Shown here: positions 53,746 to 64,000 of the stretch, piece after piece
Position numbering within the stretch: position 1 is the stretch's first letter
Layout: each line of letters begins with the position of its first letter
NCBI GenBank assembly: GCA_000004985.1
Contig: GG738864.1
Reading direction: 5' to 3' (one strand)
From: Naegleria gruberi
Lineage: Eukaryota
Length of the DNA stretch: 64,000 bases
Translations under genes and position numbers: made by a program
The notes under the pieces: model-generated
What the model saw: only the letters and a program-made list of their open reading frames with translations
The model's database searches: none
Told to the model about the DNA's origin: nothing

Positions 53746-56493
53746 ATGAACATTCTCTTCTTGGTTGATACATCTTCATCGATGAATCAACTCACAACCA
53801 ATGGGATGAAATTGATTGATATTTCCAAGCATTGTATTGAACATTTCATCAAGAATAGACAAAAACATTTAATGCACCAACAAAAAAGGGATAATTATCT
53901 ATTGGTAACATCTGGACAAAAGGTAGTTGTTGGATGGAAAGATGCCACGGAATCATCATGTTTCCTTCAAAGATTGAAATCCCTAAAGGCTAATGATTTG
54001 ACTGAAATTGGGCCATCTTTGAAAAAGTCTTTTGATGTTTTAAATCAACATCGGCTTCAAAAAGGAGTGGACCATTATGGCATGGGAAGACATGCAAGTG
54101 CTGTAGAAAATTCTGCTATTGTTTTAATTACGGATGGTGAAAGATTAACTCAATCTGTTAATCCATTCGACCAAAGAGTATTTGTAAATCAATTTTTGGA
54201 TGCCAACAAATTGACACTCCCTAATCCACATTCATATTCTACAAAATTGACAGAGGAACCATTTAGATGGGATCAAAGAGTGTTCAGTATTATTTTACAA
54301 TTTCAAGCTGTTGGTACTTCTTTGACAACTGTTTCTCCATCAGCTTCACTTAATCCCTCATTGGCCAATCAACAACAACAACAAGCCAATTTGACAAATC
54401 AAACACCAACTATTACAGATAATCCAATAGCTCCAATAAGTGAAGTTACAGGTGGCTTATCGAGAACTTTCTCAAATATGGTTTCTCTCCTAAAATTTAT
54501 GGATGATTTATCTGGTGTTCAGCTTGCTAGACCTTCAGTGGTTGTAAATTTTGACATTGTAAAAACATTGAATAATAAGCAATCCAGTGTTTTCCCTCCA
54601 ACAAATAATGAGGGTCTAGGAAAAACTGTACTACAATATATTACTCAACCTCAGCAAAGAGAATCCTTTTGGCCAATACCAGAGAACTATCTTCCAGGTG
54701 CTAACATGACAGAACTGCCAACAAGAAGAGCTCAACCATCTATTTCTTTACTATATACTGAAAAGAATGATATTCTTTTGACAATGGCTCTTAACAAATT
54801 CCCAATTTATGATATTTTTGAAATCAGTACTCAAAGTCCAATTGGAAAATATGTTATTCAACAGTCAAGCAGAGAAGGATGCTATAAAGCCTTTGTAACA
54901 AACAGTACTCCGAGTAATTATGGATTTGGAGAAAGTTTTGGATTTTTAAAGAAGATTGCTGTCCAAAATAGTACTGGAGAAGTTGAAAATAAGATTTATT
55001 TCTACCTTCTGCCATATAACTTTTTGAGATTATTTTATTTGATGAATGAGTTTGTTGTAACCCACAAGTCTCAACCCTCAGCTGCTTGGATCCAACAGTT
55101 CCATAAATTTGTACAGAATCTCCCTGCCTACTATATCAAACCACTTAAATCAGCGATGAACAAATGGTTTGGAGCATTTGCCCATTTCCCTGATGTACCT
55201 TACGAACTACCAAGCTCATTACAACTCTATTACAAGCAACTAGTTGATGAGGAGAAACGATTTAACAAAGATATGGAATTAGAGGAAAGTGGATCATCTA
55301 CCAATGTAAATTTACCAAATGACTCACTTCCAAAAAATGACGACCAAATGCAAGATCCTCCATCCTTCCCAATAATCAGTTTCACAAATCCATATGTTGC
55401 CAAAAAGGAAACCAATAATTTAATTAGAAATCCATTCGATATCGACAAAACATCACTCCTGAAACAAATGAAAATGATGAGCCAGTACCTTTTCCATTCA
55501 GTTGTTGTAGAAGTTCCAGAAGATGCTGACCATTCTAAAATACCTTTGGATCAACATTTAAGAGATTTATCAAAAGAAGAAATTAAGAAACACTCCACTC
55601 CAATATCTCAAATGGGTAACTTTGATAAGGTATTATTGTCTAAGGAGGTTTTGAGAGACCCATTCGAGCCTCAAAAGCAGAAACAAGTCAACTTTGGAAG
55701 CCCATATCAGAAAAAGAAAAAGAGATTGAGATCAATTCATATGAACGCCCCATTACTTCTCGATAAATTAGTTGATGAATCTGAGATGGATCTGAAACAA
55801 AAGGAGGAGGAAGAATCATCAGAATTTGATGCAAAGGTGGAATCAATGCTCTTATTAGAACCAAACATTGCCGATTCAAATGTATCATCAATACCAGTTG
55901 AACCTAGTTCAGCTCCACTTGAAACACACGAACCTTTTGAAACAGAGTTAGAAAAGATTGAACCAGTTCCACCAATTATTGAAGATGCTGTTCCAATTAT
56001 TGTAGATGATGTAATACCTGACCAATATGCAGCCCTAACACAAAGTAGTACTAAGCCACAATCCCCTACCTCAAATCTTCCTGGTAAAGCGGCCAATTTT
56101 AGACCTCCATCAACCAATAGAAAATCTAAAGCTAATCCTCAAAAAGAACATGCTCAATTATTTGTTGATAGTTTCCAAAACAACCATGAATGTTTACAAT
56201 TTGTTTCTCAACTTCCTGACCCTTTACTTTCAGCTGTTGTGACGAGAGTAATGCAACAAGAATTAACAGATGGCAAAAAGAAACAACAACTAGATGCCAT
56301 TAGATCAAAGATAAGAAAAAGAAAACGTAAAGACATGGAAGAATTGGAAGAAGCAAAAGATATTACTTCTGATATTAATAAGGTTCATTTCCCAACTAGA
56401 GAAAGTAGGACAGTCTTTGTTAGAGAAATAATCGCTATAGCCGCTTTATTTAAAAAAACCAAACTAGCTCAATTATTGACAGAAGAGCTCTAA
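53746..56493 (+). CDS. Integrator complex subunit 6 (INTS6/DICE1)-like protein
   Basis: The N-terminal vWA domain has the INTS6-type signature (ILFLVDTSSSMNQ...YLLVTSGQKVVVGWKD...TEIGPSLKKSFDVLNQHRLQKGVDHYGMGRHA...VLITDGERLT...LTEEPFRWDQRVFSIIL). It is followed by a long low-complexity middle and a conserved C-terminal helix region. The single 915-aa exon starts at ATG 53746. Confidence 0.7.
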   Translation: MNILFLVDTSSSMNQLTTNGMKLIDISKHCIEHFIKNRQKHLMHQQKRDNYLLVTSGQKVVVGWKDATESSCFLQRLKSLKANDLTEIGPSLKKSFDVLNQHRLQKGVDHYGMGRHASAVENSAIVLITDGERLTQSVNPFDQRVFVNQFLDANKLTLPNPHSYSTKLTEEPFRWDQRVFSIILQFQAVGTSLTTVSPSASLNPSLANQQQQQANLTNQTPTITDNPIAPISEVTGGLSRTFSNMVSLLKFMDDLSGVQLARPSVVVNFDIVKTLNNKQSSVFPPTNNEGLGKTVLQYITQPQQRESFWPIPENYLPGANMTELPTRRAQPSISLLYTEKNDILLTMALNKFPIYDIFEISTQSPIGKYVIQQSSREGCYKAFVTNSTPSNYGFGESFGFLKKIAVQNSTGEVENKIYFYLLPYNFLRLFYLMNEFVVTHKSQPSAAWIQQFHKFVQNLPAYYIKPLKSAMNKWFGAFAHFPDVPYELPSSLQLYYKQLVDEEKRFNKDMELEESGSSTNVNLPNDSLPKNDDQMQDPPSFPIISFTNPYVAKKETNNLIRNPFDIDKTSLLKQMKMMSQYLFHSVVVEVPEDADHSKIPLDQHLRDLSKEEIKKHSTPISQMGNFDKVLLSKEVLRDPFEPQKQKQVNFGSPYQKKKKRLRSIHMNAPLLLDKLVDESEMDLKQKEEEESSEFDAKVESMLLLEPNIADSNVSSIPVEPSSAPLETHEPFETELEKIEPVPPIIEDAVPIIVDDVIPDQYAALTQSSTKPQSPTSNLPGKAANFRPPSTNRKSKANPQKEHAQLFVDSFQNNHECLQFVSQLPDPLLSAVVTRVMQQELTDGKKKQQLDAIRSKIRKRKRKDMEELEEAKDITSDINKVHFPTRESRTVFVREIIAIAALFKKTKLAQLLTEEL

Positions 56494-56508
56494 TTATAAT
56501 GTACAGCT

Positions 56509-59500
56509 TTATTCATTCAAAAATTCAAAACTTGACTCTTCTTGATTCTCAGTTTTTTCTTCCTCCTCATTTCCAGCAATGAAATCAAACGATGATTTTT
56601 CTTCGCTAACTGGTTCTGATTCAGTTGGTTCTATAGTTGATTCAATAATTGGGACTTGTTCAGTTGGTTCTTCATCTCCTGATGCGATAAAATCAAAGGA
56701 CGATTCCTCTTGTTTTGGTTCTTCTTCATTTTGAGACTCTTCAGAAATAAAATTGAAGGATGATGGTTCAGTTGTCTCTTCAGTTGGTTCTTCAACTTGC
56801 TTAGCTTCTTCAACAACTTCTTCAACTGGTTCTTCTTCAGTTTTAATAAAATCGAAAGAGGTTGATTCCTCAACTGCTTCATTATCGTTACTGTCATTGA
56901 AGGTTTGATATTCTTCAACATGTTGCTCTTCTTCTTGTGGAGCCTCACTAACAGTAGTAGTGGCAACGGCTTCTGTTGATTCTTCTACTTTTTCTTCCTT
57001 TTCAGTAACCTTTTCTTCTACCAACTCTTCTTCCACCTTTTCTTCCTTTGGTTCTTCAGGAGGAATTTGAGATTTCAATTCTTCAATTTTAGTTTTGACT
57101 TCTGCAATCTTAACCTTTGTTTCTTCCAATTGTTGGTCCAAAACTTCACATAAATCAAATTGCTCCTTTTCTAAAGCATCATTGATATTGTCATTAATCT
57201 TACTTTCTGATTTCTTCAATTCTTCAAGATTAGATTCTAATTTTACAAGCTTATCCTTTGGAGATAAATTTTCCTCAACAACTTTGACTTCATTAACTTG
57301 GACTTGTTGTTGTTGATTTGGAGATTGCTCTTCAACCTTTTCAATAACTGGAGTTTTAGGTTTTGGTACCTCTGGACTATTGATTGACTTTTTCATTTCG
57401 AGCAATTCCTCATCTGATAGTGAAATAATTGACTTAAGCTGTCTAACTTGATAATTGAAAAGAGCAATTAATTCATCAATAACATCAAATCTCAACTTGA
57501 GTTGTTCAGGTGCTTCAACTTCTAAAAGCTTTACGCGATTTTTTTCCAAGAAATCTATTCTCTTCAAACACAATCTAATGAATCGTTTAGAATCCACCTT
57601 ATCAACTTGTTCAAGTCTGTTGTGGGTAGCATCAAGTTCTTGGGTCAATCCTAGCTTTTGTTCCTCCAATTGTGTTTGTTCTTGCTTTAAGCTTGGGATA
57701 CTTGATTCAAGTTCCTGAATCAATTTGGTTAATTTATCGCTTTCTTCTTTACATTGAGCAGCTTCCTTAAATTTACGTGCTTTAGCATATTCAAGCTTGT
57801 CTGCCTGTACTTTTGGCAATCTATCATTTGCTCTTTGAAGTTGTTGAGTTGAGTTATCCAATTCCATTGAAACAGATGAGAGATGAGATTTGAGGGTAGA
57901 CAATTGTTGACTGAGAGCTCCTAATTCCTTAATTATTTGAGGTCTACTGTCATTAGGTGAACCTGGACATTCTTCCAGTTTATCCAATTTTTCAACCATG
58001 TCAATTATTTGTGAAACTCTTACTTGTTGGGTTTGTAGGTAGTCCTTGTATTGTCTCTTATCCATCATGGCATCATATTTCTTGGTTTCTTTGGTTTCAA
58101 TATTGGTCAAGTCCTTATTAAGAGTTGCAGAAAGTTTTTCAAACGAATCAACATCATCCAAATAATTTTGCTTTCTCTTTTGGAATTGTTCCTCATCATA
58201 AGATATCAACTTGAGTTGTTCATTAAAATCTTCCTCATACTTCTTGATTTTGTCTGTAACATCACTAAGTAAAGAAAGAACAGTCTTTTGTTCTGCTCTC
58301 TTTTCTTTCAACTTTCTTTCAAGTTCAGCAATTTCTCTAGAGATTTCTTCATTTTGATCTCTTAAATTATCTTCTTGAATTCTCAAATCCTTTGTAGAAT
58401 AATCAATTTGGTCAGTAATTCTTGTCTTTCTCTTTTGGAATTCATTCTCTTCCAATTTAATGCTTTCACCCATTCTCTTGATACGATTAGTTTCTGATTC
58501 TAATCTTTCACGACGTAATTCCTTCAATGGATTATTTTTCTTTAAAAAGTCATCATAATCCTTCTTTGTTGTTGTAAATGAGAAATCAACTCTTGAGTAA
58601 ACAAGATTGATTTCCTTCTTCATTTCAGTCAAAGTCTTAGAAATTGCAGAAATATAAGAATCGTTATTTTTCTCGGTCACTTGAATTTCTTCAATTTTTG
58701 TTCTCAACTCTGTTAATTCTTGTTCAATTTGTTCAGCCTTCTCGAATTCTTCCTGTTCAGTATATTCATCAAGTAATTGTTCGAGAGATTGAATTTTTTC
58801 TTGAAGAAGAGAGAATTGGTTCTCCTTCTTTTCATCAATCTTCTTTTGTTCTTCATCAAGCAATTTTGAAATTCTAGTTGAATATTTTGTAAGAGATGAA
58901 TTAATTGTAGACTTGATGTTTATCCAATCATTATCTACTGTTTCCTTTTCCTCCTCAATAGTTTCCGATTTGAAGGAATCTCTTCTTGTTGGTTTTTCCT
59001 CCTTGATTGATGTAACAACTGGACTTTCAATATGCTTTACAGGAGTAGAAGCTACAGGAGTTGAAGCAGAACCAACTTCAGAACTTGAACTACCTCTATC
59101 AAGTCTTCTTGGCTTGACTTGTAAAGAAGCAAAATCAATATCATCAGAAGGGCTTGAGGATTTTCTTGGTTCTGCAACTACTGGTGATGGTTTTAATTTT
59201 GGTTCCTCATCCTCAGTAGTCTTCAGAAATGATGAAATTGTAGAATCATCTTGTTCCTCATCCTCATTAGTATTACTATTGTTATTTGATTGAATGTGTG
59301 TTGTTAATTGAGAGCTGTGATTCAACTTAATATTATTTTCAATGTTTGAAAATGTTTTTTGAGCCATTGAATATTCTCTATCCAATTCATCACTTGTTTG
59401 ATCCAATTGTTTTAATTCTTCATCAACCTTGCTATTTTTTGCATTCTTTCTTCTTCCTTTTCCTACAGATCGATTGATTTTAATTTGACCAGGAATTGGT

Positions 59501-59908
59501 TGAATATTTTCAGGTTCATCTTGAGGTGTTGTTGCAGAGGTTGTTGTATCATCATCGTTAATAAAAGAAAAAGAAGATCCAGTATCGTGAGTTGAAACTG
59601 TTGGTGTGACTTCTCTGTGGCTACTGAGTCTAGAAGAACTTCCGGATGATGTACTGTTTTGAAAATAATGTTGTTTTTAAATATTACTACTTTGTTTTTA
59701 AAACCTACGAGTAAGTAGAAGTATTTCCGTAGTTGCTTGAATGTACTGTCATTCCTCCAAACAATTCATCTCCTTGATTTTGTTGATTTATAGAAGAAGG
59801 TGACGAAGAAGCAGCTGTTCCCAAAGGTGGTTCATACTCGGCAGTGCTCTTAGTTGGAGCATTATTCCGTTGTTTTGAATTATTACCTCTACCGAAGAAG
59901 CCAAACAT
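56509..59908 (-). CDS. Large acidic coiled-coil protein with six S-S-F-[DNES]-F-[IL] motifs (2 exons)
   Basis: Exons are 59709..59908 and 56509..59653. Exon 1 (MFGFFGRGNNSK...NTSTY) ends GTAGGT. A 55-nt intron (59654..59708, acceptor AAACAG) joins in frame to the long ORF, whose track start (M at 59406) is a TTG. The middle has heptad-rich coiled-coil segments. SSFSFI, TSFDFI, SSFNFI, SSFDFI, SSFDFI and SSFEFL motifs sit in acidic tracts, and the protein ends ...SSFEFLNE. Confidence 0.65.
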
Positions 59909-60123
59909 GCTTTACTTTCAAGATTTTTTTTATTGATGATGTAATTACTCATAGTACCCAGCAATTACTCATAATGAAACACAGTAAAGATTATTTATCA
60001 TCAAAATATGATTTAGATAATAGAGAACATTTTACAATCCTAATGAAACTACCCAAGAAGAAAAATTATACAAGGAAATTATAATTTAGAGTTTTGCTAG
60101 TTGATGTATTATTAATAATTAAA

Positions 60124-60638
60124 TTATTCAATCTTTGGGTTAACTGGTGGACGGAATTCAACACCCAAAACGTGGTGAGCGCATGATTCAAAAGCACTTC
60201 TTTGTGGATAACAATCTAATATAAATTATATTATTATGTTTAAACATTCCGATTCATTAATTAATTCCTTACCTTTGTAGTCATATTCACGCTTTCTCAG
60301 ACATTCAACGAGAGTAGAGAACTTTGGTTGACAAGGAGAGTTCATAAATTCAGAAGCAAGACTGAAGACACATTTACGACAGTTAATGCTTTCCTTCAAA
60401 CAATCTACAATATTATAATATTAATTCGACAATTAATGTTGTGTGATGAAAAATAAAATAATAATTTTGATGATCGTCAAATTAAAACACTATTGCGAAA
60501 TTTACCTTCTGGATTTTCGCTCTTTGATTTACATTTCATATATTCAGTATTTTCAGTTGAACACTTGGTCAAGAGAGCAGGAGCCAAGGCAGCAATGACA
60601 GCGGAAGAGTCAATAGAGTATTGTTCGGTGGTAGACAT
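60124..60638 (-). CDS. Twin-Cx9C (CHCH) protein, NDUFA8-like candidate (3 exons)
   Basis: Exons are 60506..60638, 60273..60404 and 60124..60215. The introns are 101 nt (GTAAAT..TTGTAG) and 57 nt (GTAAGG..TATTAG). The protein has Cx9C pairs CSTENTEYMKC, CQPKFSTLVEC and CYPQRSAFESC, plus CLKESINCRKC. It is 118 aa. Confidence 0.65.
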
Positions 60639-61082
60639 TTTTTTCGTGTAATTACAACATCGCAACAATAAGAGAAGGCTTTAAAGTATTGCAGTCTACT
60701 GATTGAATTCTCCTACATGATGGTTTGGAATGAAGAAAAGAATAGAATAATGTACAATCAGTTGCATCATACATGTTTTCTTCTTAGTAATCTTCAGCTC
60801 AGTCACAATGAATAAAATTATTGTCTATTAAAATATTTGAAAGGCCAATAAAAAACTGCAAAATTTTATGAAAAACTAACTTGTTAAGGTAAAGAATTAG
60901 CATTAATAAACACTAATTTTACAAAGTTACAAAAATTGTGTATGTGAAAATTGTACATCAACACTATTCCTTGTTCATTGACTGTGGTTATTCCGTTGAT
61001 GCTTTGTGTTCAATAACAAAAAGGAAAAACAATAAAAAAGAAATTGAGGAGGGAAATACAAAGCCAAAAATAACTCAAAAAA

Positions 61083-62435
61083 ATGGCAGACGATCTATTA
61101 ATGAGTTTTATGTCTATCACAGACGAAAACAACGTTGAAACTGCTCAACATTACTTGGAAGCAGCTGGATTTGATTTGGAGACTGCTGTAGAATTATTCT
61201 TCTCTAATCAACCTGCAAGTAAATCCAATTCAAGTGCTACTACTACTACAAGTAACAAGCCTACAATACCCTCCGATTATGAAGATATTAGATCACCTAT
61301 TCCGCAACAAGCCTCCAGACTGTATGACTCATTTCAAGGAAATGATTATTCCTATGATAATTCTCAATCCTATTCTGTACCATCTTTTGTAACTTCAAAT
61401 CAATACAACAATAGAGCAAACCAACAATTCCAATCATCAAGATTAACAAAACACGGTGATGAATTTTCGGAAATGTTTAAAAAGCCAGATATTGTATTTA
61501 AGGGAAGTTTTGATGCTGCCAAACAAGAGGCTGAAACATCAGGAAGATGGCTTATTGTAGAAATTCAAAAGGATGATATTTTTGACTGTCACAGAATGAA
61601 TAGAGATACTTGGAATCACGAAGTTGTGAAAACAATTGTGGATACATTCTTTGTTCTTTGGCAAGCTGATGATGGAACTAATCAGGCTGAATTATTTAAA
61701 ACAAGATATCGTATTCGTTCCTATCCTTTCGTTTGTATTATTGACCCAAGAACTGGAGAAAATATGAAGACTTGGGAAGGTAAATATATCGATGCCAGCA
61801 CAATGGTAGATTCTCTTCAAAACTTTGCCGATAGTCACTCACTTATGGATCACCTTCCTTCACCATCTCCAAATACTTTACATACTCCAAATCCATTCGA
61901 TAATATTCCAGTTCAACACCTTCCTTCAACAACGGCAACAACAACAACTAGTCACCATACTGATATGTCAACAGGTGATGAAACAGAGGAAGAAATGATT
62001 AGAGCTGCTATTGAGGCTTCACTCCAAGAATCTAATGCCATGCAGGACGATGACGTGCAAATTTTAGATAGTTTCCCAATTGCTCAACCAACAACAGCCA
62101 CTAATACTATATCGACACCAGTTGTTCAAGAACCACCAAAACCTCAAGAAACACCTGACAAGCAAGTTAATGTTTCCGATTTTGTCGTTGAACAAGGAGA
62201 TACAACCAGAATTCAAGTTAAATTACCAGACGGAAAGAAGGAAGTTATTAAGATTTTGAAGAGTGCTCCATTGGCAGCTGTTTATGCTGTCTGTAGACAA
62301 AAATTAGGAGACAGTGTACCATCATTTACCATTACTTATTTTGACAAGACTCAAAAGACTTTGGAAAATACCTTAGAAAAAACTTTAGGAGGAGAAGGAA
62401 TTTTAGGAGCTGCTTTATCAGTTGTTCCTGAATAA
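61083..62435 (+). CDS. UBX domain protein 7-like p97/VCP cofactor (UBA - UAS - UIM - UBX)
   Basis: The N-terminal UBA-like region is LLMSFMSITDENNVETAQHYLEAAGFDLETAVELFF. It is followed by a thioredoxin-like UAS domain (GRWLIVEIQKDDIFDCHRMNRDTWNHEVV), a UIM (EEEMIRAAIEASLQES) and a C-terminal UBX domain (TRIQVKLPDGKKEVIKILKSAPLAAVYAVCRQ...FTITYFDK). The gene is intronless and stops at TAA. Confidence 0.75.
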   Translation: MADDLLMSFMSITDENNVETAQHYLEAAGFDLETAVELFFSNQPASKSNSSATTTTSNKPTIPSDYEDIRSPIPQQASRLYDSFQGNDYSYDNSQSYSVPSFVTSNQYNNRANQQFQSSRLTKHGDEFSEMFKKPDIVFKGSFDAAKQEAETSGRWLIVEIQKDDIFDCHRMNRDTWNHEVVKTIVDTFFVLWQADDGTNQAELFKTRYRIRSYPFVCIIDPRTGENMKTWEGKYIDASTMVDSLQNFADSHSLMDHLPSPSPNTLHTPNPFDNIPVQHLPSTTATTTTSHHTDMSTGDETEEEMIRAAIEASLQESNAMQDDDVQILDSFPIAQPTTATNTISTPVVQEPPKPQETPDKQVNVSDFVVEQGDTTRIQVKLPDGKKEVIKILKSAPLAAVYAVCRQKLGDSVPSFTITYFDKTQKTLENTLEKTLGGEGILGAALSVVPE

Positions 62436-62570
62436 ATGACAAATCCATTACTTTAAAGAAAGTGTATAGCGTAAATACCATTTAAATCATCAAGAAGCAA
62501 AAAACAAATTAGCTCACGATCGTAGGTGACAATAATAAACAAGTAAAATGTCAAAAAACTAAACACAAAT

Positions 62571-62928
62571 TTATTGGTGCTTGGCGAGCAATTCCTTGAC
62601 GAGAGCAACGTATTGTTCCATGGCATCTTCCTTGGTCATACCTTCCTTACCCTTCCAGGCGTCCCTATTTTAATATTGTTGTTATTAATAAAATATCATT
62701 TTAAAACAACTTACCATTTAGCTCTATCCTTCATGTAGAAGATAGATGGTTGATCAGTGTTGCAATCACCAACAGTAGCTTGCTTGTACTATAAAATTAT
62801 TAGTTGATGACATGATGAATATTTAAACATACCAAAGAGTACAACAAAAGGAGATCATCATTGGTTGGTCCAGAGGTCAACTTCTTGATGTCTTCAGCAG
62901 CTTGAGTGAAATCTTCTTGCAAACCCAT
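62571..62928 (-). CDS. Acyl-CoA-binding protein (ACBP), 3 exons
   Basis: Exons are 62833..62928, 62715..62788 and 62571..62664. The introns are 44 nt (GTATGT..TTATAG) and 50 nt (GTAAGT..AAATAG). The 87-aa product MGLQEDFTQAAEDIKKLTSGPTNDDLLLLYSLYKQATVGDCNTDQPSIFYMKDRAKWDAWKGKEGMTKEDAMEQYVALVKELLAKHQ matches ACBP throughout. Confidence 0.8.
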
Positions 62929-63185
62929 TTTTATGTGTTGTTGATTTTTTGTTTTTTGAAAATTTATTTTCCTTCTTCCGAAGGCCATTTAATTCGGCCC
63001 AAGACAAGTCATCAAATTTTTAGTCCGTTGTTGATTGTCGACGTTGTAAAGTTGCTTTCAGTTTATTGGTTTGAATTATCAATTAACAGCTTTGGCACGT
63101 CAAGAGTTGAGGATGGCCATTAATTGCATGAAAAGTTTCTTAATTGTTAAATTGTCTAATTTGCAATATTTTCAAATATTAAAAA

Positions 63186-64000
63186 ATGTCAAAGTATGAT
63201 CCATACGTTGTCGATGACAATGAAAGTAGTTGTGAGGAAGTTGATGATGAAGAAAATGAAGATGATGATGATGATGACGATGAGGACATTAATACATTAG
63301 AAACAAAACCAGCCTTGGGATCCTTATTTTCTAGTGTTGTTGAGATGGGTGGAGGTAATTTTACTTGTGGAGGTGCATTGCAAAGTAATTTTGGCTTACC
63401 TGGATTGGAAATTATCATTCCGAAGTCATCATCGGATCAATCATCAAGTAATGTTTCTTCATCAAGTGAACAATTTGAATATAAACCAATTGCCTTACCA
63501 ATTGTTTCAAAAGAACAAGCTAATGAATTAATTTCTCAATGCTCTAAAGCTCCTTTTGGAAAAGGAGAAGAAACAATTTATGATGATAAGGTTAGAAATT
63601 CATGGCAATTGTCACCTTCACAATTTAGAATTTCTAATAAGAATTGGAATGTTATGTTAAATGAATTAATGAATGGTGAATTGAAACGTGGATTGGGAAT
63701 TAATGAAAATGTTAAAATTAAGTGTTCACTATACAAATTATTATTATATGAGGAAGGTGGACATTTTGAATTTCACAGAGATACTGAAAAGGAAGATCAA
63801 ATGTTTGCTACTTTAGTGATTCAACTTCCATCAGTTTATAAAGGAGGTAATATTATTGTAAAACATTGATCTAATGAGGAAGTTTATGATTTATCAAACG
63901 AATCATCATATACTCCATTCTATTTCAGTTTCTATTGTGATTGTAAACACAAAGTAGACGTAGTTACAAGTGGTTATAGAACTTGCTTGATTTATAATGT
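63186..64000 (+). CDS. 2OG-Fe(II) oxygenase-like protein with a poly-Asp N-terminus; in-frame TGA at 63867; runs off the window end
   Basis: ATG at 63186. An acidic tract is encoded by a GAT repeat. The oxygenase core has the motif LLLYEEGGHFEFHRDTEKEDQMFATLVIQLPSVYKGG (H-x-D). After TGA (63867..63869) the same frame stays open to the window end and encodes FYCDCKHKVDVVTSGYRTCLIYN, which fits the H...R second-His strand. Confidence 0.5.
63261..63285. repeat. GAT trinucleotide repeat encoding poly-Asp
   Basis: gatgatgatgatgatgacgatgaggac lies within the CDS at 63186. Confidence 0.6.

Noticed and set aside
1819-58877. About 60 short antisense or overlapping ORFs from the six-frame track, for example 1819..2073, 4906..5121, 6969..7229, 11569..12207, 14770..14955, 15946..16473, 17394..18092, 25202..25435, 38070..38381, 55230..56117, 56631..56966 and 57095..58877.
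   Set aside because: They lie inside, or antisense to, well-supported genes, lack domains, and often reflect repeat-sequence or low-complexity strands.
63851-63921. Introns of 21 or 71 nt removing the in-frame TGA of the 2OG-oxygenase gene.
   Set aside because: The 21-nt candidate is too short, and the 71-nt candidate lands in a frame with an immediate stop.
1-64000. Prokaryotic-style interpretation (operons, defence islands, CRISPR, mobile elements).
   Set aside because: GT-AG introns restore conserved protein motifs. CAAX and GPI signals, Pol III genes with T-run terminators, and eukaryote-specific families (INTS6, UBXD7, F-box, iGluR) all show this is nuclear eukaryotic DNA. No transposase, integrase or inverted terminal repeats were seen.

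Overview
This 64 kb window is eukaryotic nuclear DNA, AT-rich (roughly one-third GC by eye) and gene-dense on both strands. I found no prokaryotic operons, CRISPR arrays or obvious transposons. I support about 38 protein-coding genes, a dispersed 5S rRNA gene and a tRNA-Phe(GAA) gene. Genes are either intronless or have short GT-AG spliceosomal introns of 39-170 nt, mostly 40-57 nt, with donors GTAAGT, GTTAGT, GTACGT, GTATGT, GTAGGT and GTGAGT. I rebuilt several multi-exon models by hand where the ORF track breaks. The proteome looks like a free-living amoeboid protist: three Ras-like and one Rab-like small GTPase (one fused to an F-box-like head), six F-box-like proteins including four F-box/LRR proteins with ribonuclease-inhibitor-type LRRs, a very large NHL/EGF receptor Ser/Thr kinase with a soluble kinase relative, an ionotropic glutamate receptor-like channel, a bacterial-type dCTP deaminase with introns, an INTS6-like protein, a UBXD7-like protein, ACBP, a twin-Cx9C (CHCH) protein, a REEP/Yop1-family protein, a TPT/nucleotide-sugar transporter, a GT32 glycosyltransferase, and a secreted polycationic repeat protein. 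A Naegleria/Heterolobosea-like or amoebozoan origin is only a guess. TAA, TAG and TGA all terminate ordinary genes here, so the code is standard. Single-base frame disruptions hit four conserved genes, an in-frame TAA interrupts an LRR array, and an in-frame TGA interrupts a 2OG-oxygenase-like gene. Together these suggest a draft assembly with indel errors, or a cluster of recent pseudogenes. No defence-island-type system is present. The most unusual items are the NHL/EGF receptor kinase, the intron-bearing dCTP deaminase, the iGluR-like gene without an amino-terminal domain, the F-box-Ras-CAAX fusion, and the polybasic secreted protein.
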